This document shows, one piece after another, positions 1 to 12,819 of a stretch of 26,274 bases of DNA (its first letter is position 1; the number at the start of each line of letters is the position of its first letter). Source of the DNA: Octopus sinensis (lineage: Eukaryota); contig NW_021835649.1 in the NCBI RefSeq assembly GCF_006345805.1, positions 1 to 26,274 on the forward strand, read 5' to 3'. The notes under the pieces were generated by a model that was not told the origin of the DNA, ran no database searches, and saw only the letters and a list, made by a program, of their open reading frames with translations. A program made the position numbers and the translations under genes.

Positions 1-285
1 ATATATGTGTATATGTATATTTATGTATATATATGTATGTATATATGTATATACATATGTTCATATATATGAGCCTATACATGTTCCATATATATATTTG
101 TTACAAATACATACATTATGTCTATGCTTATGTATGTTGTGCGTATATTGAAATAATACATTTGCGCATATGTATTTATATTCATATATAATATTACTAT
201 TAAACTTCCGTGCTTACGCATATGTTTGAGCACGAGTGTAATGTATACATATGTTACTATCTGTATGCCTGAATTATATATACAT

Positions 286-328
<43 letters not shown>

Positions 329-500
329 TATATATATATTATATATAGTATATATAATATAGAATATCTATATATATATATAGATATATTATGTATATAT
401 ACATATATATGTATATACATATATAATAAATACATATATATTATATATATTACTATACATACACACACATATATATGTATGTATATATATATATATATAT
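1..500. repeat. Compound (TA)n/(TATG)n microsatellite
   Basis: Near-continuous TA/TG/CA dinucleotide sequence; the ORFs here are YI-repeat artefacts. Confidence 0.95.
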
Positions 501-954
501 GCGTGCATGTCGACTATGCGTTCCTACTCAGATTTTCTAGAAATCTTTGCGTCGCTTTTATGTTAAAACACATCAAGACAAAGATTTGCTGAAGTGTACT
601 CAGGCGAAAAGTCTTTCCAATATTGATACACGATTTCTGCTTTTCCATTGAAGATCATATGACAAGGTATGTACATAATTCAGTGAAGTAAGAACGTTCG
701 ATTGGATGAAATATATCGATTAGTCGCTTTGGTATTAGCTAAGGAAATGAAGAAACTTGGCGACGAGAACATACCCAGGGAACGCTTTCGCAATGAAAAG
801 CAAATAGTTAAGTTTAAATCATGGTTTTTCAACGAGGTCAAGAAAAAATATATCAATTTTATTAATTGTAATTAAACAAGGATGGTGAATTGGCTATATA
901 CAACGACTAACCACTGCATCTGGCCTTTTGACACAAATTTTTTAATAAAATAAC

Positions 955-1113
955 TGGCAGGATCGTTAGGGAGACGAATAAATGCTTAACGGCAATTCTT
1001 CCAACTGTTTACATTCTGAGTTCGTATTCCAACGAGGTCAACCATGTCTACCATCGTATTGAAATTGATAAAATAAGTATCACTTGAGCACACTGGGGTC
1101 GATGTAATCGATT
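955..1113 (+). mobile_element. Degenerate tRNA-derived SINE, family A (Deu/Nin-like domain)
   Basis: Aligns by eye to the copy at 13117: GGCAGGATCGTTAG...AAATGCTTAACGGCA...CATTCTGAGTTCGTATTCCAACGAGGTCAAC...GATAAAATAAGTA...CACTGGGGTCGATGTAATCGA. Confidence 0.8.
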
Positions 1114-1154
1114 ATTACCACCATATTTTAAGCCTTATGCTTAGGGTAGCAGAA

Positions 1155-1178
1155 TTACTATTATTATTATTATTATTA

Positions 1179-1233
<55 letters not shown>

Positions 1234-1248
1234 GTTATTATTATTATT
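1155..1248 (-). repeat. (AAT)n tract at the 3' end of the adjacent LINE fragment
   Basis: (TAT)n on the plus strand directly abuts the element 3' end at 1249. Confidence 0.95.
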
Positions 1249-1432
1249 CTATGTTTGACTTTTGCTTTACATTTGTTCAAGTTGGCTCCAAGTCTCACCC
1301 AGAGACCTCAAGAGACAACAAGTTAGAAGTTCATGTTGGTGTTATGCCTAGGGTGCCATATATTTGGTTTTGTACATAGTGTTGTTCTAGAGAATGTTTA
1401 AGAAATCATAAGAAAATTATGTGTTATATACA
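1249..1432 (-). mobile_element. 3'UTR-only fragment of a Dong/R4-type LINE, same subfamily as 7481-9190
   Basis: The reverse complement (CCAAATATATGGCACCCTAGGCATAACACCAACATGAACTTC...GAGACTTGGAGCCAACTTGAACAAATGTAAAGCAAAAGTCAAACATAG then AAT repeats) closely matches 9070-9190. Confidence 0.9.
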
Positions 1433-1535
1433 AGCTTTTGACGGTTTTATAGATATTTCAAAATTATGATGCTATGATTCTAGGTGTTTCCATTATTTTG
1501 TCCAACCCCTGAAGATATATACATATATATAAATA

Positions 1536-1698
1536 CATATACGACAGGTTTCTTTCAGTTTCCGTCTACCAAATCCACTCAGAAGGTATTGGCAAGCCGA
1601 GACTGTAGCAGAAGACACTTGTCCAACTTGCCACGCAGTGGGATTGAACCCGAAACCATGTGGTTTGGAAGCAAGCTTCTTACCACATATCCACGCCT
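1536..1698 (-). mobile_element. tRNA-derived SINE, family B (CORE-like), 5' half
   Basis: The reverse complement matches 18377-18530: TGTGGTAAGAAGCTTGCTTCCAAACCACATGG..GGGTTCAATCCCACTGCGTGGCA..GAGTGGATTTGGTAGACGGAAACTGAAAGAA. Confidence 0.9.
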
Positions 1699-2184
1699 TC
1701 TTTTCTTTCATTTTTCCTTTTCTTTTCCTTTCATATTTTTGGCTTGTTTTTTCTTTTGTTTTTATTTTTTCGTCGCTTTACTAACAAGGGACTTCCGTAT
1801 ATTTGAAAACACACACCATTACTTTCGGGTAAAAATGAAGGTTCACACATATTTACATGTAATACGCATTTTATTATATTTTTTTTTTACTCAAACAAAT
1901 ATTTTGCTTTGTTCGACAGCCACTCTGTAACTTCCACGGAGACACTGTTTATTGATTCAGCGCACTAACGTTTTAAGTATCGAGTATTATATACAGGAAG
2001 AGACAAGGTGTTTGCACTTCTGTATATACACAGATACCGAAAAGAAACATAGATATATTTTGAATTATAGGATTGAATTCCTTGTAGTCACTGTTAAAAT
2101 TCTTTTATTTTTCTATCACTGCGATCTGAAGACGATCTTATCTGCCATCACTTCGGAGCGATTTATTCTTATATAAACAGAGAG

Positions 2185-2269
2185 GGGGTAGATAGATAGA
2201 TAGATAAAAAGATACATAGACAGATAGATAGAGAGGGAGAGAGAGATAGATGGATAGAGAGATAGATAA

Positions 2270-2331
<62 letters not shown>

Positions 2332-2572
2332 GGAGAAATAGATAGAGAAAGAGAGAGAGAGATGTGTGCATATATATATGCACGTGCCTGTATATATATA
2401 GGTACATATTTTTGTGTATGCGTGCATTTATATATATATGTAAATATATACATTTGTATATATATATACATATATATATACATATATATATATACATATA
2501 TTTATTTATATATATATATATAAATATCCCACTCATATATCTACATGCATACACACTTATACTTTGTGTGTT

Positions 2573-2623
<51 letters not shown>

Positions 2624-2738
2624 TATATATATGTATGTATGTGTGTGTGTGTGTGCGCGCGCATGTAAGTGTGCGTATGTGTTTATGTATATGCACATAC
2701 TTAAATATACACTATATATGTATATGTATACATATGTG

Positions 2739-2777
<39 letters not shown>

Positions 2778-2778
2778 C

Positions 2779-2825
<47 letters not shown>

Positions 2826-2860
2826 ATATATACATATACATATGTGTGTATATATATATA
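2185..2860. repeat. Compound (GATA)n/(GA)n/(TA)n/(TG)n microsatellite
   Basis: Directly visible simple repeats. Confidence 0.95.
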
Positions 2861-3004
2861 CACAATCAATTAAAATATTGAGGATCCATTAAATAGAGTA
2901 GACGTTTCGTTCAGTTCAGTTCTAATAAGAAAGAAGAAAATATATATTTCTAAAAAAAATAAATACAGAATTTGAAAATTGATCTTCTTGCCTGTGTAAT
3001 AAAA

Positions 3005-3116
3005 AATAATAACAAAAACAACAACAACAACAACAGCAGTAACAACAACAACTACTATAATAATACTCATAGCAAAAATAATAACAACAATAATAATAAC
3101 AATAACAAAAAAGTAA

Positions 3117-3156
<40 letters not shown>

Positions 3157-3170
3157 TTTGAAATAATAAC

Positions 3171-3231
<61 letters not shown>

Positions 3232-3242
3232 TAATAATAATA

Positions 3243-3272
<30 letters not shown>
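3005..3272. repeat. (AAC)n/(AAT)n microsatellite
   Basis: Directly visible; it accounts for the poly-Leu/Ile ORF at 2870-3355. Confidence 0.95.
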
Positions 3273-3274
<2 letters not shown>

Positions 3275-3389
3275 TTTATCCATTATTTTTCTCAGTTTCA
3301 CTACCGCGTGTCCTGTTGTTCGCCATGACAGATAATGTGAGGTGTGAAATTTCATTTGTGAAATATGGAAATCGTTGAAAATATAGTTG

Positions 3390-3433
<44 letters not shown>

Positions 3434-3711
3434 TATATATTTGTCTTTTTTATTGCGTATTTTGAGGGAGTTTTTTTTTATTGCTACGTTTCCTTTTTCT
3501 TTGCGGTTTTGCTTCTGTTTATTTATTTATTATTTTTTTTTATTTTCCAAATAAAAGTAAAAATAATAACAGCAACAGCGAACGAACAAACCAAAACAAG
3601 ACATCTCCCTTCTCAAAAACCTGAAGCAAAAGAAAAAAACAGAAGCGAAAATAAATTTGTTTAAATGAATTGATAGGTTGAAGATGAAAAGATTATTTTT
3701 TCGTAGTGATA

Positions 3712-3715
3712 TATA

Positions 3716-3761
<46 letters not shown>

Positions 3762-4366
3762 TGTGTGTGTGTGTGTGTGAGTGTGTGTGTGTGTGTGAGT
3801 GTGTGTGGTGTGTAGATATATGTATTGCATATGTGTATGTATGTATATAATTTTATTTTTATATTAATATTTATATATGCACACATTAGTACGTACAAAG
3901 ATACATTTCATATATATATATGTATATATATATGTGTATATAAAGGTTATATATCCATTACTTATATATTGTACATATATAGTAGAGTATAACCATTATA
4001 AATACATTAGGTATTATATCTATCACAAACATATACACATATTTTCGTATAAGCATACACATATATACATATATACATAGATATACATATACACATATAT
4101 ATATATATACATGAATATGTGTGTATATGTATTATACAAATATATATATACAGTTGTACAAACATACATTCTCACATATATACATACATATAAATATATA
4201 TATATATAAATATATATATGTATGTATATATACTTACAAACATATATATATATATTGTGTGTATATGTATAGGTATATATATACATACATATAAATATAT
4301 ATATGTATGTATGTATATATGCATACAAACATATATGTATATATATATATGTATATGTATATATAT

Positions 4367-4413
<47 letters not shown>

Positions 4414-4427
4414 TACATATATATATG

Positions 4428-4493
<66 letters not shown>

Positions 4494-4525
4494 TAATATA
4501 TATATATGTGCATACAATCATATAT
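3712..4525. repeat. (GT)n followed by a long (TA)n/(TACA)n compound microsatellite
   Basis: Directly visible simple repeats. Confidence 0.95.
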
Positions 4526-5640
4526 AGAAAATAATTATTGAAATAAATATATAAAATAAAGTAATCGCTTCCAACAAAAGAATACTTTAGATATAAACAG
4601 GCATTTTTTTTCCTGTTGCTGTCGTTGCTGCTGCTGCTGCTACTACTGCTGCTACTGCTGGCACTGCTGTTGTTGCTGCTGTTATTGTTGTTTTTGTCAA
4701 AACTACCAGAGACAATTTTATATTTTATAAAAAACCAAAGAAATTTTTAATGGAGTTGACAAAGAAAACAATTGTTTTTTTAGTGTAACATTTAAACGAA
4801 CACTGTTGTTATTTCAATTGTCCTTTTGTTGTCTTTTGTTGTTTTTATTGTTGTTGCTGTTGTTGTTTTTTATTATGTGATTATAAATAATTTTTCATTA
4901 TGATTTTTCTTTTAATATTTCATTCAGTTGTTGTTTCACTTTTTTTATTTTTTTATTTCGTATTTTTTATATCATTGTTTCCACTGTTCTTCCTTCGTTT
5001 ATTGTTGTTTTTTGTTAATATTATTATTATTATTTGGTCAGAAATTATTTAATTTGAAATGTCAAACTTCTACTGGGAGGATCATTCGTGTAAGATTTAT
5101 ATTAAAACAGAACAGATATATTCAGCAAAAAACTGTAATAAATAAATACATATTGCCTACAAGGTATTAGCGCAAATTTGTGAAAACAACCGACGAATCT
5201 CTCAACATAGTAATTCAATCTATATCAACTGGCAGCCATATTTTATTTCAACTTATATAGGAATAAAAACCAATAAATAATGAAATTATATTTTTCTTAA
5301 AGAAAACATTATTTCTTTAAAAGAGAATCACAAGATTTTAGTTAAATGTCTGTGAGAGTCTAAGGAGAGATGACAAAGAAGCGAATATAATTCTTTGTGT
5401 TTAAATTTTTAGTTAGCGTATCACCTGGCGAGTTAATAATTCTAAAGAGGGAAGCGTATTATTGAGGATTCACTAAGAAATCTTTTCAAAATGTTGTCTA
5501 AAGAGGATTAATGGGATTAACGGAACTCGGTATTCTAAAGAGAGTTAAATCATTTGGCATGGACTAATATACTTGTCGCCGTAACTTTTATTTTCGGTTC
5601 CTGTATACTTACCACATGCATGCATATATACATACATACA

Positions 5641-5691
<51 letters not shown>

Positions 5692-6047
5692 TATATATAT
5701 ATTGATACAAATGGTAAGATAAAAAAAGAATGAAAGAGACTTCGATATTATGTAAATGGAGGAATTTCTCTGTAAATATAATATGTGACAATTATTCGGT
5801 AGCCAAGATAAAACTCCGAGTTTTCGTTTTTTTTCTGTTATAGAATGCGATGGATTTCGTTGGATGTCACTCAAGAAGTTTGGAAATCTTTAACTGGGTG
5901 AATGGTGTATGTGTGTGCTTGTAAGTGAGGGTGGTTTCCCTTGTATAAGTCTTACTTTCAGAATCAAGTTTTAATAATTAATAATAATAATTTCTAAAAC
6001 TTAACGAATCAAAAACTAATTAATTTTTCAATTTTTGACTTAAAGTG

Positions 6048-6291
6048 AAGGCCCATGGCTTAATTGTTAGAGGGTTTTGCACTCATGATCGTAAAACTGT
6101 AGTTTCGATTCCTGGGCAAGGCAAGGCAACGCATTCTGTTCTTGGGCAAAACATTTCATTTCACATTGCTCCAGTCCACTCAGCTTGTAAAGAGGAGTAA
6201 TGCTGTGATGGACTAGCATCCTATCCAAGGGGGAATATATACGCTAGAGAACCCATGAATCCAGCCGTATGCTCCCTACGGATTAATGTGG
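6048..6291 (+). mobile_element. Degenerate tRNA-derived SINE, family C (Meta-domain-like)
   Basis: tRNA-like head with A-box-like TGGCTTAATTGTT and B-box GTTTCGATTCC, then TTCTTGGGCAAAACATTTCATTTCACATTGCTCCAGTCCACTCAGCT and GCTGTGATGGACTAGCATCCTATCCAAGGGGG. The domain assignment is from recall. Confidence 0.75.
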
Positions 6292-6847
6292 ATTAACCTT
6301 TTGACTTAAATCTGCGTTTCTCAAAGTTTTACTGATGTAAAACCACATCTTTTATCGATCGAACATTCTGGTTCTAAAGGAGGCTAATTGTTATTCTTCT
6401 AACTATAAAGCAATAACTGTCGTATGGCTAGACTACTAATTACACTAATTATACACTTGTTGTGGCAACTGCTGCATATTACTTAATCACTGTTGAATGA
6501 CGAAGAGCTTTGATGAAAAACAATAAATGAATGTCGTCTTTTGTTTTCATTAGAAGTTCCAGTCAAATCTCAGAGATGTTTAATTAAAAATTATCAAAAT
6601 GTTATCAATAGCTAAAATAAGGAAAGCTATGTGAAAGTCCATACATTTTTTTTTGTGGGATACTGCAGGTTGTTGCAATATGTTACATATTTTTTTTAAT
6701 AAGGAAAAGTCTTGTTGGGAATGAAACAGGTTATACTTCCCACATCATTTTCCTAGTCTCCAAGATTGCAGATAGAACGGGATGAGGATTTCAATTTATA
6801 TTTGTCGAATATTTATTGAGTAAATTTACTTAATATCAATTAGATTA

Positions 6848-7368
6848 AAGCCGTTGTGGTATAGGCAGACACCAGAAAAGATCACAGAAAACGAGAAAGC
6901 AACCATACTCTGGGATATGCCAATACACACAGATAGAGAAATTAAGACCAACAGGCCAGATATAGTTGTCAGAGATCATGAAGAAAAAATGCTTTCTAAT
7001 TGATGTATCAATGCCAGCAGATGACAACGTGTCTCTAAAAGAAATGGAGAAGCTTCCAAAATACAAAGACCTGGAAATAGAAGTAACTCGAATGTGGAAT
7101 CTAAAAACAGAAACAATTCCCATCATAGTAGGCGCATTAGGTATGATAAAAAAATATTCAGACAAATACATAACAAAAACACCAGCACTTACAAACACAT
7201 ATAACATAAAGACAATTGCACTACTGGGCACTGCACACATCCTACGCAAAACACTCTCTATACAGTAACCATCAGAGCATCACAACAAATCACAGCACAT
7301 ACCCAAGGCACAGAGAGCTGCGCTCGGTAGTGAAGTTAAAGCACGCTACAAAAATAAAACTACTGAAT
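6848..7368 (+). mobile_element. 5'-truncated Dong/R4-clade LINE, subfamily 1: RLE endonuclease C-terminus plus 3'UTR
   Basis: From 6848 it reads KPLWYRQTPEKITENEKATILWDMPIHTDREIKTNRPDIVVRDHEEK, then after a one-base frameshift CFLIDVSMP..KEMEKLPKYKDL..ALLGTAHILRK, stop at 7268. This is a PD..D..K restriction-like endonuclease motif. A 100-nt 3'UTR runs into AAT/AAC repeats. Confidence 0.88.
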
Positions 7369-7389
7369 AATAACAACAACAACAACAGC

Positions 7390-7482
<93 letters not shown>
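7369..7482 (+). repeat. (AAC)n-(AAT)n tract between two LINE fragments
   Basis: Directly visible. Confidence 0.95.
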
Positions 7483-7483
<1 letters not shown>

Positions 7484-8977
7484 GTCAAACAATTCAGTGA
7501 CGACATCAGAATGCAATTCGGCCTCGATAAATGTGCAAAGGCTACCTTTATCAAAGGAAAAATGACAGAAACATCTAACGTTAACCTTGACCAACAGAAT
7601 GTCATAAAAGAACTAGACCCAGCGGAGAGCTACAAGTACCTAGGGGTAATTGAAGGGAACGGAATAAGGCATTCAGAGATGAAGGAAAGGATCAGGAGAG
7701 ATGCTATCGAAGAGTGAGAGCAATACTCAAGACAGAGCTGAATGCAAGAAACAGGATCGAAGCAATCAATCAATGCTTAGCTATACCAGTCGTGACTTAC
7801 AGTTTCAATATTGTTAACTGGTCAATTACTGAAATATGTCAGCTCGACAGAAAAATAAGGAAACTGTTGACAATGCATAGAATGCACCACCCTAAGGCAG
7901 ATACAGAACGACTCTATCTGCCAAGAAAAGAGGGAGGCCGTGGTCTTTTGCAACTGGCAATAACAATGAAGATTGCTACAATTGGCCTAGACACCTACCT
8001 GAAAAACTCTGAGACTGGATGTTAAAACTTGTCTCAAAACATGAAAACAAAAGCATCATACTCAGTCACAAAACAGGCAAAGTAATATCTAAGTGAATTC
8101 CGAATACAACCAATTTCGGAATTAGAGATAGACATACAAGAAACAAGCACAGAAAAAGCTAGGCGCATGAAAACCCGTGCCAAAACTGCGGCCTTGATAT
8201 TCTGAATAATAAATGGCAAGAAAAAACCTCTCTATGGCAAATACCCAAAGAGAGCGAATAATGCAGATATCGACAAAGCCCTGACCCATCAATGGCTAAT
8301 GGCCTCTGGCTTAAAATCTGAAACAGAGGGGTTTATCATAGCAGCTCAAGATCAATGCCTACCAACAAGAAACTACCAGGCCAACATATTAAAGATCAGA
8401 AGCAGTCCAACGTGTCGTGTATGCAAGCAACAAAATGAAACCATTGACCATGTGGTCTCCAAGTGCAGTCTTCTAGCGCCTACAGAGTATCTCAACAGGC
8501 ACGATAGAGCTGCAACAATATATTCACTGGGTAATCTGTAAAAACCTGGATTTGCCCCATGAAAAAACTGGTGGGAACACAAACACCCCCAGTGCTTGAA
8601 AATGACCACATCTCACTCCTCTGGAACTTCACCATTCAAACTGACAGGAAGATAGATGCAAATAGGCCAGACATCATATTGAAAGACTTCAAACAAAGAA
8701 CATGCCTCCTCATTGATATGACTGTCCCAATCGATATAAACGTATCTGTCAGGACCTACCAAAAACTGAGCAAATATAAAGATCTTGAAATAGAAATCAG
8801 CAAAATGTGGAAGCTGAAGACTAAAACATACCTGTTGTCATAGATGCCCTGGGAATGATAGCAAAAGGGGCTGATAGCTACCTAACTCAGATACCAGGAA
8901 ACACAAAAATGGCAGAAGTTCAAAAGATAGTGCTCATGGGAACTGCTCATATCCTACGCAAAATACTCTCTATGTAA
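7481..8977 (+). pseudogene. Frameshifted ORF remnant: RT C-terminus, CCHC zinc knuckle, restriction-like endonuclease
   Basis: IVKQFSDDIRMQFGLDKCAK and YKYLG (RT end); LYLPRKEGGRGL; LKSETEGFIIAAQDQCLPTRNY; CRVCKQQNETIDHVVSKC (8413-8466); RPDII..LLIDMTVP..KLSKYKDL; ends GTAHILRKILSM* at 8977. Multiple frameshifts. Confidence 0.9.
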
Positions 8978-9190
8978 CCTCAAGGTTTAAAACAACCATA
9001 TTTTCGGTTTAAAAAAAAAAAAAAAAAAAAACTTTTTTTTTTAGACATTCATTAGTACAACATCCACCCCCCAAATATATGGCACACTAGGCATAACAAC
9101 AACATGAACTTCCAACCCTGTTGTCTCTTGAGGTCTCTGGTGTGAGACTTGGAGCCAACTTGTACAAATATAAAGCAAAAGTCAAACATA
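7481..9190 (+). mobile_element. 5'-truncated Dong/R4-clade LINE, subfamily 2 (about 1.7 kb)
   Basis: Domain order is RT C-terminus, CCHC, RLE, then a ~210-nt 3'UTR. It has (AAT)n on both sides, consistent with the microsatellite targeting known for Dong/R4 elements. Confidence 0.9.
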
Positions 9191-9210
9191 TAATAATAAT
9201 AATAATAATA

Positions 9211-9241
<31 letters not shown>

Positions 9242-9385
9242 AATAATGATAATATAAGATATAATAATGATAATAATAATGATAATATAATGATAATAAT
9301 AATGATAATAATAATGATAATAATAATGATATAATAATGATAATAATAATGATAATATAATGATAATAATAATGATAATAATATG

Positions 9386-9422
<37 letters not shown>

Positions 9423-9688
9423 TATAATAATAATAATAATATAAGATAATAATAATGATAATAATAATGATAATAATAATGATAATAATAATGATAATAA
9501 TAATGATAATAATAATATAATAATAATGATAAAATAATAATGATAATAATAATGAATAATAATAATGATAATAATAATGATAATAATAATGATAATAATA
9601 ATGATAATAATAATGATAATAATAATTATAATAAGATAATGATACTATAATGATAATAATAATGATAATAATATGAAATAATAATGAT

Positions 9689-9721
<33 letters not shown>

Positions 9722-10504
9722 AATAATGAATAATAATAATAATAATATAATAATGATAATATAATGATAATAATAATGATATAATAATGATAATAATAAT
9801 GATAATATAATGATAATAATAATGATAATAATAATGATAATAATAATGATAATAATAATGATAATAATAATGATAATAATAAGATAATAATAATGATAAT
9901 AATAATGATATAATAATGATAATAATAATGAATAATAATGATAATAATAATGATAATAATAATGATAATAATAATGATAGAATAATGATAATATAATGAT
10001 AATAATAATGAAATAATGATAATAATAATGATAATAATAATGATAATAATAATGATAATAATAATGATAATAATAATAATGATAATAATAATAATATGAT
10101 AATGATAATGATAATAATATAATGATAATGATAAATGAATAATGATAATAATATAATAATAATGATAATAATAATAATAATAATTACTAATAATAATAAT
10201 AATAATAATAATAATATAATAATAACAATAATATAACAATAATAATAATAACATAATAATAACAATAATAATAATACAATAATAATAACATAATATAACA
10301 AAATATTAATAACAATAATAATAACAATAATAATTAATATAATAATAATAATAACCATCAGATAATAATAATAATATAATAATAATAATAACTAATAATA
10401 ATATAATATATTAATAATAATAAAATAATAATAATAATGATAAGATAAGAATAATAATAATGAAATATAAGATGATGATGATGATGATGATGAATGATAT
10501 GATG

Positions 10505-10592
<88 letters not shown>

Positions 10593-10638
10593 AATAATAA
10601 TAAAAAAAATAATAATAATAATATAATAATAATAATAA

Positions 10639-10691
<53 letters not shown>
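9191..10691 (+). repeat. 1.5-kb compound (AAT)n/(AATAATAATGAT)n/(GAT)n array
   Basis: Directly visible, with a nearly pure (GAT)n block at about 10470-10591. Confidence 0.95.
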
Positions 10692-10693
<2 letters not shown>

Positions 10694-11242
10694 GCCCTGA
10701 TGCAGTCCAGGCAGTGGTCTCTCATGGCTTCTGATCTTAACTGATTGGAAGTGTTATCATGTACATTGTTTTGTCTTGGTATAAAAGATGTGCTACAGCA
10801 AATATTCTGCTCAATACACAGATTTGCTTGTCAGTTGTTTGACCTTAACCAGTTGAGCATGTCCCTTAGTGGCTGACGATATGTGCATCTCTGATCACGA
10901 GCAGAAGTAGTGGGGGAGCATCATAGCCCTGTGTTGAGAGGGATTCTTTGGGGTTTGAATAGTTCACCTCTGGAAACATGGGTGGTTTTTTCAACATCCT
11001 TAAACACCCTTATTCAGGGACCGTTTGAGCGGATGGGCTACTCAACCTGAGAAAATTCTAACTGGCCCCACCTGCAAGGTCATGTGCTGTTTATCTTGAT
11101 ATAAGATCACCATGTCGCGCACATATGGTTGTGATGCATGTGCCTGGTGTACCTTTATCAGACGGGTAGTCATGATGGGTATATTGGGCTTCGTATATTT
11201 TACCCCAGTGTCACTTTGATGGCATGAACTGCTCTCTCACTC
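10692..11242 (+). mobile_element. Unclassified ~550-bp non-coding insert flanked on both sides by (AAT)n
   Basis: Complex sequence with sharp boundaries (AAT|GCCCTGATGCAG ... GCTCTCTCACTC|AATAAT) and no long ORF. Mobile origin and strand are inferred. Confidence 0.6.
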
Positions 11243-11500
<258 letters not shown>

Positions 11501-11864
11501 GGAAATAGTAAGACTACTCTCATCACTTTTGTCAGGGCTCCTGACATCCAGCACTCAATACACTGCAACAACTAGGAGCTATCTATAAGCCGGTTAAATA
11601 TGAGCTTAATCGTGTCACTCTAACCGACCAACAGCAGTGAATTTCGTATGTTATATCATGACGATGAATCCCTCTTAGCCACTTCACTTAAAACCACAGC
11701 CCAACGATCGAAATTGCTTTTACATCAGTGAAATTCTGGGTGATGCAGACCTAAACCACAAAATTTTCATGTGAATATTTAACATTCATGCACGAAATGT
11801 GTTCGGTGGTTTTCTTTCATTCGTTTCTATACCTCCATCTCTCTATTTGCCCCACAGTCTTACA

Positions 11865-11879
11865 ATATACATACATACA

Positions 11880-11914
<35 letters not shown>

Positions 11915-11943
11915 GTGTGTGTGAGTGTGTGTATACATATATT

Positions 11944-11999
<56 letters not shown>

Positions 12000-12232
12000 T
12001 TTGTGTACATATACATATATTTACATATATATAAATATATATATATATGTATATATATGAATGCACATATAAATACACACACATATGCCTGTATGTGTGC
12101 ATGTATATATGTATGTATGTATTTGTGTATATATGTATACATAGATAAATATAAATATATACATACATCTACATATATATATGTATGTATAATATATGTA
12201 TGTACATATATATACACAATATGCCATGTATG

Positions 12233-12274
<42 letters not shown>

Positions 12275-12292
12275 CTATATATAATATATATA

Positions 12293-12334
<42 letters not shown>

Positions 12335-12337
12335 TAT

Positions 12338-12392
<55 letters not shown>

Positions 12393-12433
12393 ATATGTGT
12401 ATATAGGCATGTATGTGTGTATACATGCAGACG

Positions 12434-12470
<37 letters not shown>
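11865..12470. repeat. (TACA)n/(TA)n compound microsatellite
   Basis: Directly visible. Confidence 0.95.
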
Positions 12471-12471
<1 letters not shown>

Positions 12472-12819
12472 TCAGTGAGAGAGGAGAGAAAAGAGACGAG
12501 AAGTATTTATTCATCTCACACGCTCTGCTGCAATTCTCTGGTTTGTTTTGTATCAGAAAAGAAAAGAAAATATATGATGACAGCCAAGACTGTGTTTGGC
12601 ATTGATTTTTCCTTCATTATGACAGAAAAAGATAGCTTTATGCTCTTGATGTTTAACCCTAGGCCTGAACTTTCTAAACAGGTCTATGACTAAAAGTATT
12701 CCAACTTTGATCATCCCTGCGTTTCCTATTGTTAGACGTTATGGTATGGCTTGTGAAGAAACCCGATTGGTATTTTCCTGCCAGCCTATCGGCTCTGATT
12801 ATTTGTTGCGTGTACATGG

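Noticed and set aside
2898-2925. GAAACGTC on the minus strand preceded by CTGAACTGAAC
   Set aside because: There is no stem II and stem I is mismatched; at most a remote hammerhead relic.
3286-3345. Plus-strand acceptor, CGCCATG and a possible GTGAGG donor (MTDN)
   Set aside because: Too short to distinguish from chance and no partner exon was identified.
5441-5542. TCTAAAGAG three times at 56- and 37-bp spacing
   Set aside because: Irregular spacing and no similarity between the intervening sequences.
7483-7491. AGTCAAACA at the LINE 5' junction matches the element's own 3' terminus (about 9180-9188)
   Set aside because: The 5' copy is in-frame ORF sequence (IVKQ), and a 9-nt match is plausibly chance.
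9645-10725. Long ORFs rich in I, L, Y or H
   Set aside because: They are translations of AAT/GAT microsatellites.
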